64,000 nucleotides of DNA from Hyaloraphidium curvatum SAG 235-1 (Eukaryota; Fungi; Monoblepharomycota): the NCBI GenBank assembly GCA_025558095.1, contig JAIVFI010000038.1, forward strand, positions 62,001 through 126,000, given 5' to 3'. A program made the translations under genes and the position numbers. Positions 21,185 through 31,353 of this stretch are shown here, piece after piece; within the stretch, counting starts at the first letter, position 1, and every line of letters begins with the position of its first letter. The notes under the pieces are model-generated. The model searched no databases. It was given only the letters and a program-made list of their open reading frames with translations, and had not been told where the DNA came from.

Positions 21185-21815
21185 TCACGGGCTGACGCCC
21201 TCGGGCACGATCGTCACGGGGCACGGGGCGAGCTTGATGATGGCCTGCGACGTCGACGTGTGCGTGAACCTGTCCGGACGCATGAGCTCCCTCCTCCGCC
21301 TTCCGCCCGACCGGCGCCGGCACCCACGCCCTGAACCCCTTGAGGCTCGTCCGCCCGACGACGATCTGCTCCACCCCCTTGTCCTTTGCCAGCTGCGCGA
21401 CCACGTGCCCTTCCTCCCCCCTCGCCAGCACCACCTCGACCTTTGCCCTGCCCTCCTCCACCGCCTTGGCAAACCCGGCGCAGCCCTCCTCGCGCAGCAC
21501 CCCCTCCACAAACACCGTCCTCATCGCCGCCCGCACCTGCTCCTCCTCGTCCCGCGACTCGGGATCGTACTCCCCGGGCTCCATGTCCACCCGCGCCTGC
21601 TCGGTCGCGCTGAGGCCGTAGCTGTACCACAGCTCCCTTGCCGGACCCGAGGAGCGGGGCGGCAGCACGTGCAGCAGGAGGAGCACGTCGGCGGAGGTCG
21701 CGCCGAGGCGGAGGCGGCGCGCGGCCCAGCGGAGGGCGGCGGAGGAGGGCGGGGAGAAGTCGAGGGGGAGCAGCACCGTGCGGGGCGGGTAGGCGGCGGC
21801 GGGCGCGGAGGCCAT
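21185..21815 (-). CDS. Universal stress protein (UspA family)
   Basis: RTVLLPLDFSPPSSAALRWA, LLLLHV, IVVGRT; intron 21270-21327 gives TSTSQAIIKLAPCPVTIVP. Confidence 0.9.
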
Positions 21816-22266
21816 CGCGTCGGTCCGGCGCGGGAAAGTTCGGCCGCGGGCTCCGGCGGTGGCCCGTGCTGTTTGGCGACGGAGTTGGGGAGTCAACGGC
21901 GGGCTGCGGCAGCCGGCGTCCCCCACCAACCAAGGGTCCCTGATTCGAACTGTAATCCGGAATCCCGGGCTCAGTAGCGAGGAAATCGTCTGATGGACGA
22001 CCGATGATTGTCTGCCGATGGACCTTGCAGGCCGAGATGAAGCTGGGCATCTACCTCGCAGCAGGCTTGTCGCTGCACGCCCACGTGAGTTCCAACTTTG
22101 TAACGGTCAACTCGCTTGCCTCCCTTCATGTGCGACTTCGAGAGACCTCATGCTCGAGAACCAGAGATCGGAGATCGGGGGATTGTCTTACTGGCTTCGG
22201 ATCAGTGCACCGGCTTCCGCCACCGCGACCGCTTCGTCATCGCACGGCACCGCCCCAAAATCCGCG

Positions 22267-23943
22267 ATGGACGCCGCATTCCTCACCGCCGACGTACTCG
22301 GAAAGGTCTCTGAAGTGCTGGTCGGCGCTGGAAAGCTCGCCACGGTTGCCGCCCTCTCGTCGGCGTCCCGCGAGCTCAGGCGCCTCCTCCTCCCCGTGCT
22401 CTTCCGCCGTCTCGCCGTGGGCCCGCGCGTCCCGGTCTCCACGTGGCGCTCGGTGCTCGATGCCTTCGGAGGGAAGGAGCTGCCCGTGGTTTCGCTCCGC
22501 ATCGATGTCCCGCTGCCGCCCGGGAGCATCGCGGAAGCCATCGCGGGGGAGCGCCGCCACCTGCAAGCCTGGCACGCAGTGATCCGTGACCTCCTCGCCT
22601 CGTGCGCGTCGCTCAAGGATCTCGAGATCGTGATGCCGCCGGAAACGACCGACCACCTCAGCGTGAAGCAGATCATGACCGCGCCTCCCGAGCTCGTGGA
22701 CGCCATGGCCGATCCTTCGGGCGTGTTCCATTTCCCCTCGCGGGACGAAGTTAAGGACATCAGGGAAGCGCTGGCGAACATGGGAGCGAGGCCGGCGTTC
22801 GAGCTGGCCCTGCCGCGCGGTCTGGACCGCTTCTCCTTCTCGTGCATCGCGGCGGACGACGCCGTCAACGTCTTCCGGGCTGTTGCAGGGTCCACTGGAA
22901 TCGGAGAATGGGGCTACTCGGGGCCAGTGCTCGATCTGGACCTCTACGGGGGCTTGTCCGCCTTCCGCCCGGCCGTGTCCTCGCTGACGTCGGCCTCCTT
23001 CGCCGGCCGCCCCTTCAACGAGTACGACCCGAGGAGATCGGCGAGCGAAATGCTGGACACCATCGAAGCGTCGCCGCGGCTGCGCAAGCTGGCCGTCGAT
23101 CACGTGTTCCTCGGCACGGCATCTCTTGCGAGCCCGCGTTTCTCGTTCACGCTCAAACAGCTCGACGAGCTCCGTTCCCTGTCTGTGTGCGCCATCGGGA
23201 TCCCGCAAGGAGTTGCTCTGTGGCCTGGGAGCTTGCTACGGTGCCTCGAAGGCTTCGAGATCGCATTCGGAACGGACAACGACGAGACGCAGGACGGCCT
23301 GGAGCTCCTCGCGAGCCTGCGCCTCAGCCCGAACTTCGAGCTCGTCGTGGAAGATTCCGTGATGACGGGCCACGTTTTACGTCGCACGGTCTCGTCGTCG
23401 GCCCTGAGGAACCTGAAGGTCATGGTGTCGATGCAAGGGCTCCCGGGGCGACTCGCGCTGCTCGTGCGGGGTCCGCTTCCCCGGGACCTCCGCCGGCTCA
23501 CCATCGACGTGCTCGCGATGGCCGACATCTACCAGGACTTTGCAACCGAGGTGCTGCGGGTCGTGGACCGCGTCGCCTTCGCCCTTGTCTCGCGCGGATC
23601 GCTCCCCGAAGGTCTCTCCGTCCTGCTCGACATCCGATCCATCGTTCGCAGCGAGCTGGAGCACCTCGTCGACAAGGTTGCGCTCGAGTGGGACCCGTCG
23701 CGCGGCGTGTTCCGCCGCCTCGCTTGGGAAGGCGCCGGCGACCGCACTCCGCTTCCGATCGAGGTGGGCACCGGGTTCTGCGCATCTTGCGGCAAGCAGC
23801 TCGTCGGCACCAGATTCGTTTGCTCCGGGTGCAGGAGCGAGAGGTACTGCGGGGGTCAGTGCCAGAAGAAGGCGTGGGTTGCCGGTGGGCACAAGAGGTT
23901 CTGCGCGGCGATCAGGTCGGGGCACGGTGTGCTGTCGGACTAG
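22267..23943 (+). CDS. MYND zinc-finger protein with an F-box-like N-terminus and LRR-like middle, paralogue A
   Basis: C-terminal CASC...CSGC...YCGGQCQKKAW...HKRFC; N-terminal LTADVLGKVSEVL...ALSSASRELRRLLLPVLFR. Confidence 0.85.
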   Translation: MDAAFLTADVLGKVSEVLVGAGKLATVAALSSASRELRRLLLPVLFRRLAVGPRVPVSTWRSVLDAFGGKELPVVSLRIDVPLPPGSIAEAIAGERRHLQAWHAVIRDLLASCASLKDLEIVMPPETTDHLSVKQIMTAPPELVDAMADPSGVFHFPSRDEVKDIREALANMGARPAFELALPRGLDRFSFSCIAADDAVNVFRAVAGSTGIGEWGYSGPVLDLDLYGGLSAFRPAVSSLTSASFAGRPFNEYDPRRSASEMLDTIEASPRLRKLAVDHVFLGTASLASPRFSFTLKQLDELRSLSVCAIGIPQGVALWPGSLLRCLEGFEIAFGTDNDETQDGLELLASLRLSPNFELVVEDSVMTGHVLRRTVSSSALRNLKVMVSMQGLPGRLALLVRGPLPRDLRRLTIDVLAMADIYQDFATEVLRVVDRVAFALVSRGSLPEGLSVLLDIRSIVRSELEHLVDKVALEWDPSRGVFRRLAWEGAGDRTPLPIEVGTGFCASCGKQLVGTRFVCSGCRSERYCGGQCQKKAWVAGGHKRFCAAIRSGHGVLSD

Positions 23944-23990
23944 ATGCCACTGTAGCCGAATGAAGTTCTGCATTCAGATCATTGCTCGCA

Positions 23991-25409
23991 TCATCCCGTC
24001 GACGTCGCGGAGTTCCAGGACGTGTCGCCGAACTGCCGCTGCGGCTCGTGCTCCCTGTTGTACAGCCGGCACGCGCGCAAAAGAACCAACCCGAGCGGAT
24101 CCCACCGCTCCACGCGTGCAATCCACTCTCTAGGAACCGCCGCCAGCCCGTACATGGCCCCGACGATCTGCCCCGTTATCGCGGTGGTCGTGTCCGCGTC
24201 CCCGCGCATATTGGCGCACTTCAGCATCGCTTCGCTCGGCGAGCCGGCGGTCCACGCGCAGTGCAGTGCCATCGCGAGGGCGTCCATGGCGTACGAACCG
24301 ACGTACCCGGGCTGTGCACGCGCGCGGGAGGGGCTGAAGCGATATGAGGGGGCGCGCCAGCGCCAATCGCGGTCCTCGAGCTCGGCGGAGGCGTTCGACG
24401 CGTGGCGATCCTCCTGCATCGACGCCGCCAGGCACTGCACGCTGTACAGCGGGGATTCGAAGGAGCCCGGCAGCGCGGCAAGGGCCGATTTGGGTTCCAG
24501 GCCCTCGCAAGCGGCATCGATCGACGCCAGCATCACGTAGACCATGAGGCGGCAGCACTCGGCCGCCTCGTCGCCCTGGTGCGTCGTCTTGGACTGCCAA
24601 TATGCGAGCGCCATGGCGTCGTCGTACCGGCGCCTGCGCTGCGCGGGCGTCTCGCCGGCCGGAGCCCGGGAGAAGAAGACGGCCGCGGGGGCAAGGCGCA
24701 TCAGCGAGCCGTTGCCCGACGTGTCGCGGTCGCCCGCCCCGGTGAACATGGTCTCCCGCTGGAAGAACTCCTCGAAGCTCGCGCCGATGTTGCCCCCGAG
24801 CCCGACCGAGCTCGCGACCGCACGCTCAGGGTCGTATCCAAAGGCGTTGCAGTAGCCCAGGTGCCACCAGAGCACAAAGCGGAGGCGCAGATCGTGCGGA
24901 TCCAGCCTGCCGCGGGCCATCAGGCTCTCGGCGAAGCAGAGGGCCATCGACGCGTCGTCGGTCCACTGGCCGGGTTTGAGCTGGAAGCGGTTGCAGCCTT
25001 CTCCGCGCCACGTGGCTTCGTCGAAGCCCGCGAGCCGCGGCTGCGCGGTCGGGTCGTAAGACACGACGCGGAACTCGAGCGGCGCACCGAGGGCGTCCCC
25101 GACGACCAGGGCGACGAGCGTCGCCACGGCGTGTCGCTCCCGCGTATCTCCGTCCGCAGCAAAAAGGCGGCGCCGCACCGCGTCGCTCCTCTCGCGCAGC
25201 TGCCCGTCGCTCTCGCCGGACCGCAGGAGCGAAACGCGCGCCAGCGCGTCGGGCCGCCACGCGTGCCGCCGAGCTCGGAGCAGTCGCGTGCCGTCCGGGT
25301 GCACGAAGAGTGAATGAATCTCCGCGTCGCTCGGTGCTGGCATCGCAGCCAGGATCTCCGCGGCACTTCTTTTGCGCTTGTCTGCACGGCGCGATTGTTC
25401 TTGGCCCAT
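23991..25409 (-). CDS. ADP-ribosylglycohydrolase (ARH/DraG family)
   Basis: VGDALGAPLEF, GQWTDDASMA, SGNGSLMRLAP, SKTTH, RGDADTTTAITGQIVGAMYG. N-terminal MGQEQS fits a myristoylation signal. Intronless. Confidence 0.92.
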   Translation of the reverse strand: MGQEQSRRADKRKRSAAEILAAMPAPSDAEIHSLFVHPDGTRLLRARRHAWRPDALARVSLLRSGESDGQLRERSDAVRRRLFAADGDTRERHAVATLVALVVGDALGAPLEFRVVSYDPTAQPRLAGFDEATWRGEGCNRFQLKPGQWTDDASMALCFAESLMARGRLDPHDLRLRFVLWWHLGYCNAFGYDPERAVASSVGLGGNIGASFEEFFQRETMFTGAGDRDTSGNGSLMRLAPAAVFFSRAPAGETPAQRRRRYDDAMALAYWQSKTTHQGDEAAECCRLMVYVMLASIDAACEGLEPKSALAALPGSFESPLYSVQCLAASMQEDRHASNASAELEDRDWRWRAPSYRFSPSRARAQPGYVGSYAMDALAMALHCAWTAGSPSEAMLKCANMRGDADTTTAITGQIVGAMYGLAAVPREWIARVERWDPLGLVLLRACRLYNREHEPQRQFGDTSWNSATSTG

Positions 25410-25622
25410 TTCCAACTGGCCCCCACTCTCGTTTCTAGGCTTCGGCGCGTTGATTTGCTTGTTTGCGTCGACTAAACAACAGACGCGGATCAAGTCAGGG
25501 CAGGGCAGGAGAGCTGCTGCATTCGGATAATCGCTTTCATCATGAGCGCCATAGATTCGTTCGACGCCCGGTTTCCGCGGGTCGGGCCAGCGAGTGTCTG
25601 ACCGACTCCGCGATAGTTCGAA

Positions 25623-26722
25623 ATGGCGCCGAAGCAGCCGACCCCGTCGCGGGCCGAGCTGCTCTCGCGCATGATCGACGCGGTCAACGACGACGACCCC
25701 GCGGCGCTGGGCGCGCTGTCGACGCGGGCGGCGCGGCGGCCATCGACGAGCGCGACGAAGATTCGTTCGCCTTGCTGCATACGGCGGCGTACAACGACCG
25801 CCCGCGGTGCGCGGCGCTGCTGCTCGACCGCGGCGCAGACATCGAGGCAAAGACGGCGTACGGCGAGACGCCGCTGGTGGTCGCGAGCATTTACGCGCCG
25901 CGCGTGGCCGAGCTGCTTTTGGATCGCGGCGCGCGCCCGGACGTGCCCGACAAGTGGGGCAACACCGCCGCACGCCGCGCGGCCGAGGGCGGCTTCAAGG
26001 GGCCCCCCAGGGGCGATCCGTCGCGGGCGAAGTTGGTGGCGCGGCTGAAGGAGGCCGAGGCAAAGGCAAAGGCCAGGCTCAGGGACGACTGGGACGGCAG
26101 GCGCGAGGCGGCCGACGCCCTGCGCGCCAGGGGCAACGCCGAGTTCCGCAGGGGCAACCCGGCGAGGGCGTTGGAGCTGTACCGCGAAAGCCTGGAGCAC
26201 ATGCAGGACGCGCGCGTGTTCAACAACATGGCAGCGGCGAGGCTGCAAATCATGCTGGCGGAGGAGCGGAGCGCAGGGAGCATGACGCGCAAGGCGTACG
26301 AGGGCTTCTTCAGGGCCGTGAACGACGCCGGCAAGGCCTCGCGGATGGATCCGACGTCGGTCAAGGCATGGTACCGCATGGCCAGGGGCTACATGGGCTA
26401 CGGCGACTTTCTCCGGGCCCTGGCGCACCTCAAGGACGGCCTCGAGCACTGCCCCGGCGACCCGGAGCTGACCAAGCTCGCGGCGGAGCTCAAGGACCTC
26501 GGCGTCAAGGACGGCATCTCGAACCCCCTGTCGCCGGCCGCCCCGCGGCTGCGCGCGCTGCTGGATGCCGGGGCGAGGAGCTCGCCGTGCGCGTGGTGCC
26601 AGGGGCCGCTCGCGGAGCCGCTGGCGCAGTGGGAGGGGTGCTGCCCGTACTGCGCGATGGACCCGCCCGACAAGGTGGACAGGGCGAGGCTGGACGGGCT
26701 GCGCTTGGGCAAGGCGTGTTGA
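25623..26722 (+). CDS. Ankyrin + TPR protein with a C-terminal Cys cluster (apparent 1-nt frameshift near 25718)
   Basis: LLHTAAYND...GADIEAKTAYGETPL; ADALRARGNAEFRRG TPR; KAWYR; CAWC...CPYC. The ATG-25623 frame joins the main frame only if one base is added at CTG^TC GAC. Confidence 0.8.
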
Positions 26723-27287
26723 TGCGCGCGGGGGATGAAGCGCTCGAAGTCAGTAAGCCGGGACCGGTTGTGATTGTCCGTCGCAACTGCGGGGCGTTGT
26801 GCGTCGACCCATGATCAATCGTCGCTGATGACGAATCGTGCCTGTTGCCGCCGAATCGGCTATCAATCCGGCCAGCGTGGGATGTTTGGACGGCGAGATC
26901 GACCATGGTCCCTTCTACGTGGGGTTGCCGAAGGCCTGGATTGCGGCGGCCGACAGGACAAGGACGCAAGGCCGCCCGCCCGCCGGACCGATTTCGGCCA
27001 CAGTGGGAGCCCTGATGGCCGCCAAAACGTAGGATTGGCGTTTGAGAGAAGGTACTTTGTTGGGAATGTGGTCTCCGGGGCGGTAGTAGTGGGATGTCGC
27101 CACCGGAGAGTAACAACGTCAGTAGGGACTTTTTGTCCTAGGGACCTGGTTCCACAGCTCCGAAACCCGGGACTTCCCTTCACTCGACCCCGAGGACGCC
27201 CAGGAGCCACTGGGCCCCTTAATTCTGTAGCACCCCTCCGGGGCTTCCACCTCTCCTCTCCTCTCCCTGCTCCGGACTGGCGCCGCG

Positions 27288-29765
27288 ATGGCCGGCACCG
27301 CCCGACCCGCGGCTTCCCGGCTGCCCCGGCTCGCTTGGCTTCTGCTCGCTCTCCCGGTCTTCCTGGGCCTCCTCTCCGCCGCCCGCGCCGAGCGGCCGTC
27401 GTGGAACGCCGACGTCCGCGTGGAACTCCTCGGGGGCCCGGTCCCGGCCGGCCGGTCGGCGTGGCGCCAATGCGCGCGGATGGACGTCGCCAACCCCGCC
27501 GAGCTGCCCGGCGCGTGGGAGGGCACCCTGGAGATCACCGGCGGCGCGGTGGTCAGCGTCGCGGACGGCTGCGCGGCGTCGCTGAGGCCGCTGCGGGGCG
27601 AGGGCGCCCCGGGCACAAACTTGTACGAGCTGGACCCGTGGGAGGGCGTGGAGACGGCCATCGCCGCCAAGGGCGAGGCGCAGCGGGTGGTCGAGTTCTG
27701 CGTGGCATACCGGAGCGCGTGGAGCGCCGTGCCGAGGGTGCGGGTGGTGGCGCCCGAGGACTACGTCGAGGCGCCGTCGGGCGTCGTCGGCCAGCGCAGG
27801 CTCGTGCGCAGGGGGGAATTCTACGCCGACTGGTAGGTCGATCGCCGAAGAAGCAGTGGATGAAGCTGATGGCTCCGCAGGTCCACCGGGCAGTGCCGGT
27901 GCCGCGTCAACGGCCGCGCCGGCGACCAGCTGCCGCCTTCCCCGCCGCCGCCGGCCCCGGCCACGTCGGCCGCCCCGCCGCCGCCTCCCCCGACCTCGAC
28001 CGCCACCCAAACCCTCACGCGAACGGCCACGACTCTCACGAGCACCACGTCGGCGACGGAAACGCGCACGAGGACGACGACCACCTCGTTCACGTCGAGC
28101 ACGACCACCGCCACCCCTTCGCCCCGCCCGCCCATCCTCTTGACGGTCAGCGAGAAGGCCGTCATCTCGAACTCATCGCTCGTGGCAACCTCGGTCATCC
28201 GCTTCGTCGGCGTCGCCGAGCCGATCTCGTCCGCCAACACCGTGCAGGTCTACATGACCACGCCCTCCAATCCCGCCCCCGTCTCGGGCTCGGCGACATC
28301 CATCGCCGGCACCGGCCGCTTCTCCTTCAACACCACATCGCTCGCCGACGGCGTGTATATCTTCACCTTCACCACCTGGGTCGGCAGCACCCAGCACACC
28401 GTCACGATCGACACCACCACGCCGCCGAACCCCATCCTGACCAGCGTCAACGGGCAGAACCCCGAGGCCTTTGACCAGGCCAGCACCGGCGTGCTCACCT
28501 TCGAGGGCACCGCCCGCGCGGGCGACAAGGTCAACATCTACGCCAACTCCACCGACCAGACCGTCATCGTGGGGACCAACGTCACCCGCCCCGACTCGGG
28601 CTTCACCGTCGTCACGGAATCCGTCGACGACGGCAGCTACATCTACTCGGTCCGCTCCGAGTCCCCCGCGGGCGCCGTGAGCCCCGGCGCCGCGTTCGTG
28701 GCGGGCGGGCAGAACATCACCATCGCCAAGCCCGGCGCCGCGGCGTCGCAGGGCTGCCTTCTTCTCGCCGAATCGTTCGGGCGCAGCTCCGTGGACGTGC
28801 CCAACTTCATCGCCCTGGGCGACACCTGCCTGACGGGCATGAACGCCTCCGAGACGCTGGCCTACAATGCGACCAACAACCTCCGCGGGTGCCCGCGGAC
28901 CAACCCTGTCGCACCCGTGGGATACCTGCAGCTCACCAGCCAGGCTAACTGGCAGTCGGGCGCGATCCTGCTCAACGACGAGATCCGAGGGGGCGACGGG
29001 TTCGAGGTCACGATGGACCTGTACCAGTACGGCGGCAGCGGCGCCGACGGGATCGCCTTCTTCCTGGTCAAGGGGGAGACCAACCTCGTCGCCGCGGGCG
29101 GTTTCGGGGGCAGTCTTGGTGCGTTGCCGCCCGCACCCTTTCCTCCCCGACGACTGCTCACATTCCAACCCCACAGGCTACGCGCAATATAATGGAGGAG
29201 GGGGGTTGCGCAACGGCGTCTCGGGCGCCTACGTCGGCATCGGCTTCGACGCCTTCGGCAACTTTGCCCGCGACACCGAAGGCCGCGGGTCAGGCACCCC
29301 GGGCGGCAACTGCACCACCATCTCCCCCCACAATGCGGCGCAGGCGCCCAACGCGATCACCGTCCGCGGCCCCGGGAACGGGACGCTGGGGTACTGTTGG
29401 TTGGCGACGGCGGTCCTGCCCAACCAATGGCAAACAAACGGCCGGATGCTGCGCGCGGGCACCCTGGCCACCGCGCAGCGCACCGCGCGGCTCACCGTCA
29501 GTCCGACGGACGCCAACGGCGACGCCACGTTCAAGGTGGAGATGAATTACTACGATGGAGTTGGCTGGAGGACGGAACTGACGGTTCCGGCGCCGAAACC
29601 GGTGCCGGACTCGTACAAGTTCGGGCTCGCCAGCGGCACGGGGGTGAGTTGTCGTCTGCAGGGACGTTCCCACACCATAAGCTGACCATCCGCGGTTCTT
29701 TCTAGGCGCAAAACGACTTCCACCTGGTCAGGAACCTGGTCGTCAAGTCGCGGAAGATGTGCTAG
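27288..29765 (+). CDS. Secreted multidomain protein: N-terminal beta domain, Pro/Thr linker, two Ig-like (Big) repeats, L-type lectin-like domain
   Basis: Signal peptide; introns 27833-27880, 29119-29176 and 29644-29705; SLADGVYIFT..TVTIDTTTPPNP; GYLQLTS, GADGIAFFL, GGSLG|YA, GIGFDAFGNF, YKFGLASGTG. Confidence 0.85.
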
Positions 29766-29863
29766 AATTGCGGCCGTGCCGCGCAGTTCTGCAGGCATGG
29801 GGAAGCGCGAATAGATTTGGAGCGTCGAACACCACCGCTGGTGCACTGCACCGCGCTGTCCCG

Positions 29864-31264
29864 TCAGCGCAGCCCGAGCAGGCCCAGGTCCTCGTCCGCC
29901 CGCCTGAGCAGGTAGTCCAGGTACCGCATCCGCTCCATGCCATCCGGCACACGCACATCCACCTCCCCCTCGTTCTCGTCCCGCGCACGGCCGGCATCCA
30001 CCTTCATCCCCTGATCGCCAGCGTAGGCGGGGAAGAAAGCGTGCTCGGGCACATCCCCGAATTCGGGCAGCGGGCCACCCAGCAACCCGGCCATCCGCCT
30101 CGTCACTTCCCCGTTCACCCTGGCGACGTTGGCGTGCGCGTAGCCACCGCCGCCGGTGATCAGCACCCCCGCTCCCAGCCCGATCGCTCGCGACGTGAGC
30201 AGTTCGGCAGCCGACGCCAGGCCGTCTGAGGAGAGGTTCCACCCGGGGTGGGCGAGGGGGTCCCCGGCGAGGCCGTCGCTGCCGCATTGGATGACGAGAA
30301 ATGTGGGTGCGAAGGAGTCCACTGCGGCGAGGAGGGGTTCCATCAGGGCGAGGAAGGATCGGGAGGAGAGGCCGGGAAGCGTGCCGATCCGCAGTCCGTC
30401 CGGGCGACGAGTGAGGTTGCCCAGCTCGGGGGGTTCCCGCTGGAGGCCGGGATAGAACCCCGGGATGCCGAGGTGGATGCTGGCGCAGAGCACGGCGCGA
30501 GTCCGGGAGAAGGCGGCGAAGACGCCGTCGCCCATGTGCACGTCGAGGTCCGCGTACATTACCCGGGCGCCGGGCCGGTTGAGAAGGAGGTCGATGCCGA
30601 GGACGAGGTCGTTGAGGTAGCAGAAGCCGCCTGCGCGGGAGCGGTGCGCATGGTGGCGGCCGCCGTCCCAGGCGAGGGCGAGAGGTCGGCCGGCGAGGAG
30701 GAGGCGAGCGGCGGTGAGCGTCGCGCCAACCACGTAGGAGAGATAGATCGGCAGTTGGGGAAATGGAGGCGTGTCGCTGAAATGGGAAAGGTTGGACGGC
30801 ATAACCTGGGCCGCCGTTCGGAGCCCACTCGACCAGCCCGTGCTCCTCCAGCATGTCCTCGTGTCCCTCCGGAATCCTCTTCGGCCTCTTCTTCGCGTGG
30901 TTATTGCCCTCATCTGCGTACTGAGCAGCGTCCCCGAGCAAGAAATCCACGTAATCCGGGTCGTGGAACGCGTCGTAATCCTTTCGCGTTGCCGGAACGG
31001 GCGCCACGACGCTGGACGGGGAATCACGCGTCAACCGCGCCGCGCTGACCTGAGTTCGGAACATCCCACTCGACGTGTTCAAAGAGTCCCAAAGCGGCCG
31101 CGAGGGCGTGGACCATTCTCGACTGGAGCGCGTGAGACGCGTTGTCGTAGCGCGTCCGGAACGCCACCCACCCTGTCCCGGCTTACGGGGAGCGCAGAGG
31201 CTGCAGCCGCCATTTCGGACGAGTAGATGTAAGCCGCTCTGCGGGTCTCGGTCGGGGACAGCAT
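29864..31264 (-). CDS. Class I histone deacetylase, HDAC8/Hos1-like
   Basis: AAYIYS..., SRMVHAL, FHDPDYVDFL, GGRHHA...GGFCYLND, DLDVHMGDGV, QCGSDGLAGDP, GGGGY. Introns 31123-31171, 31012-31069 and 30777-30828. Confidence 0.92.
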
Positions 31265-31353
31265 CTGTGAGATTCGAGGCGGGAGAAGGGACAGTCGTCC
31301 CGAAAACGACGATCGCGCCAGCACCCATGCATCACGCTAATGCGGTTGTCCAG

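Noticed and set aside
23991-25973. 660-aa extended ADP-ribosylglycohydrolase
   Set aside because: The extension overlaps the divergent ankyrin-TPR gene; ATG 25409 (MGQEQS) is the plausible start.
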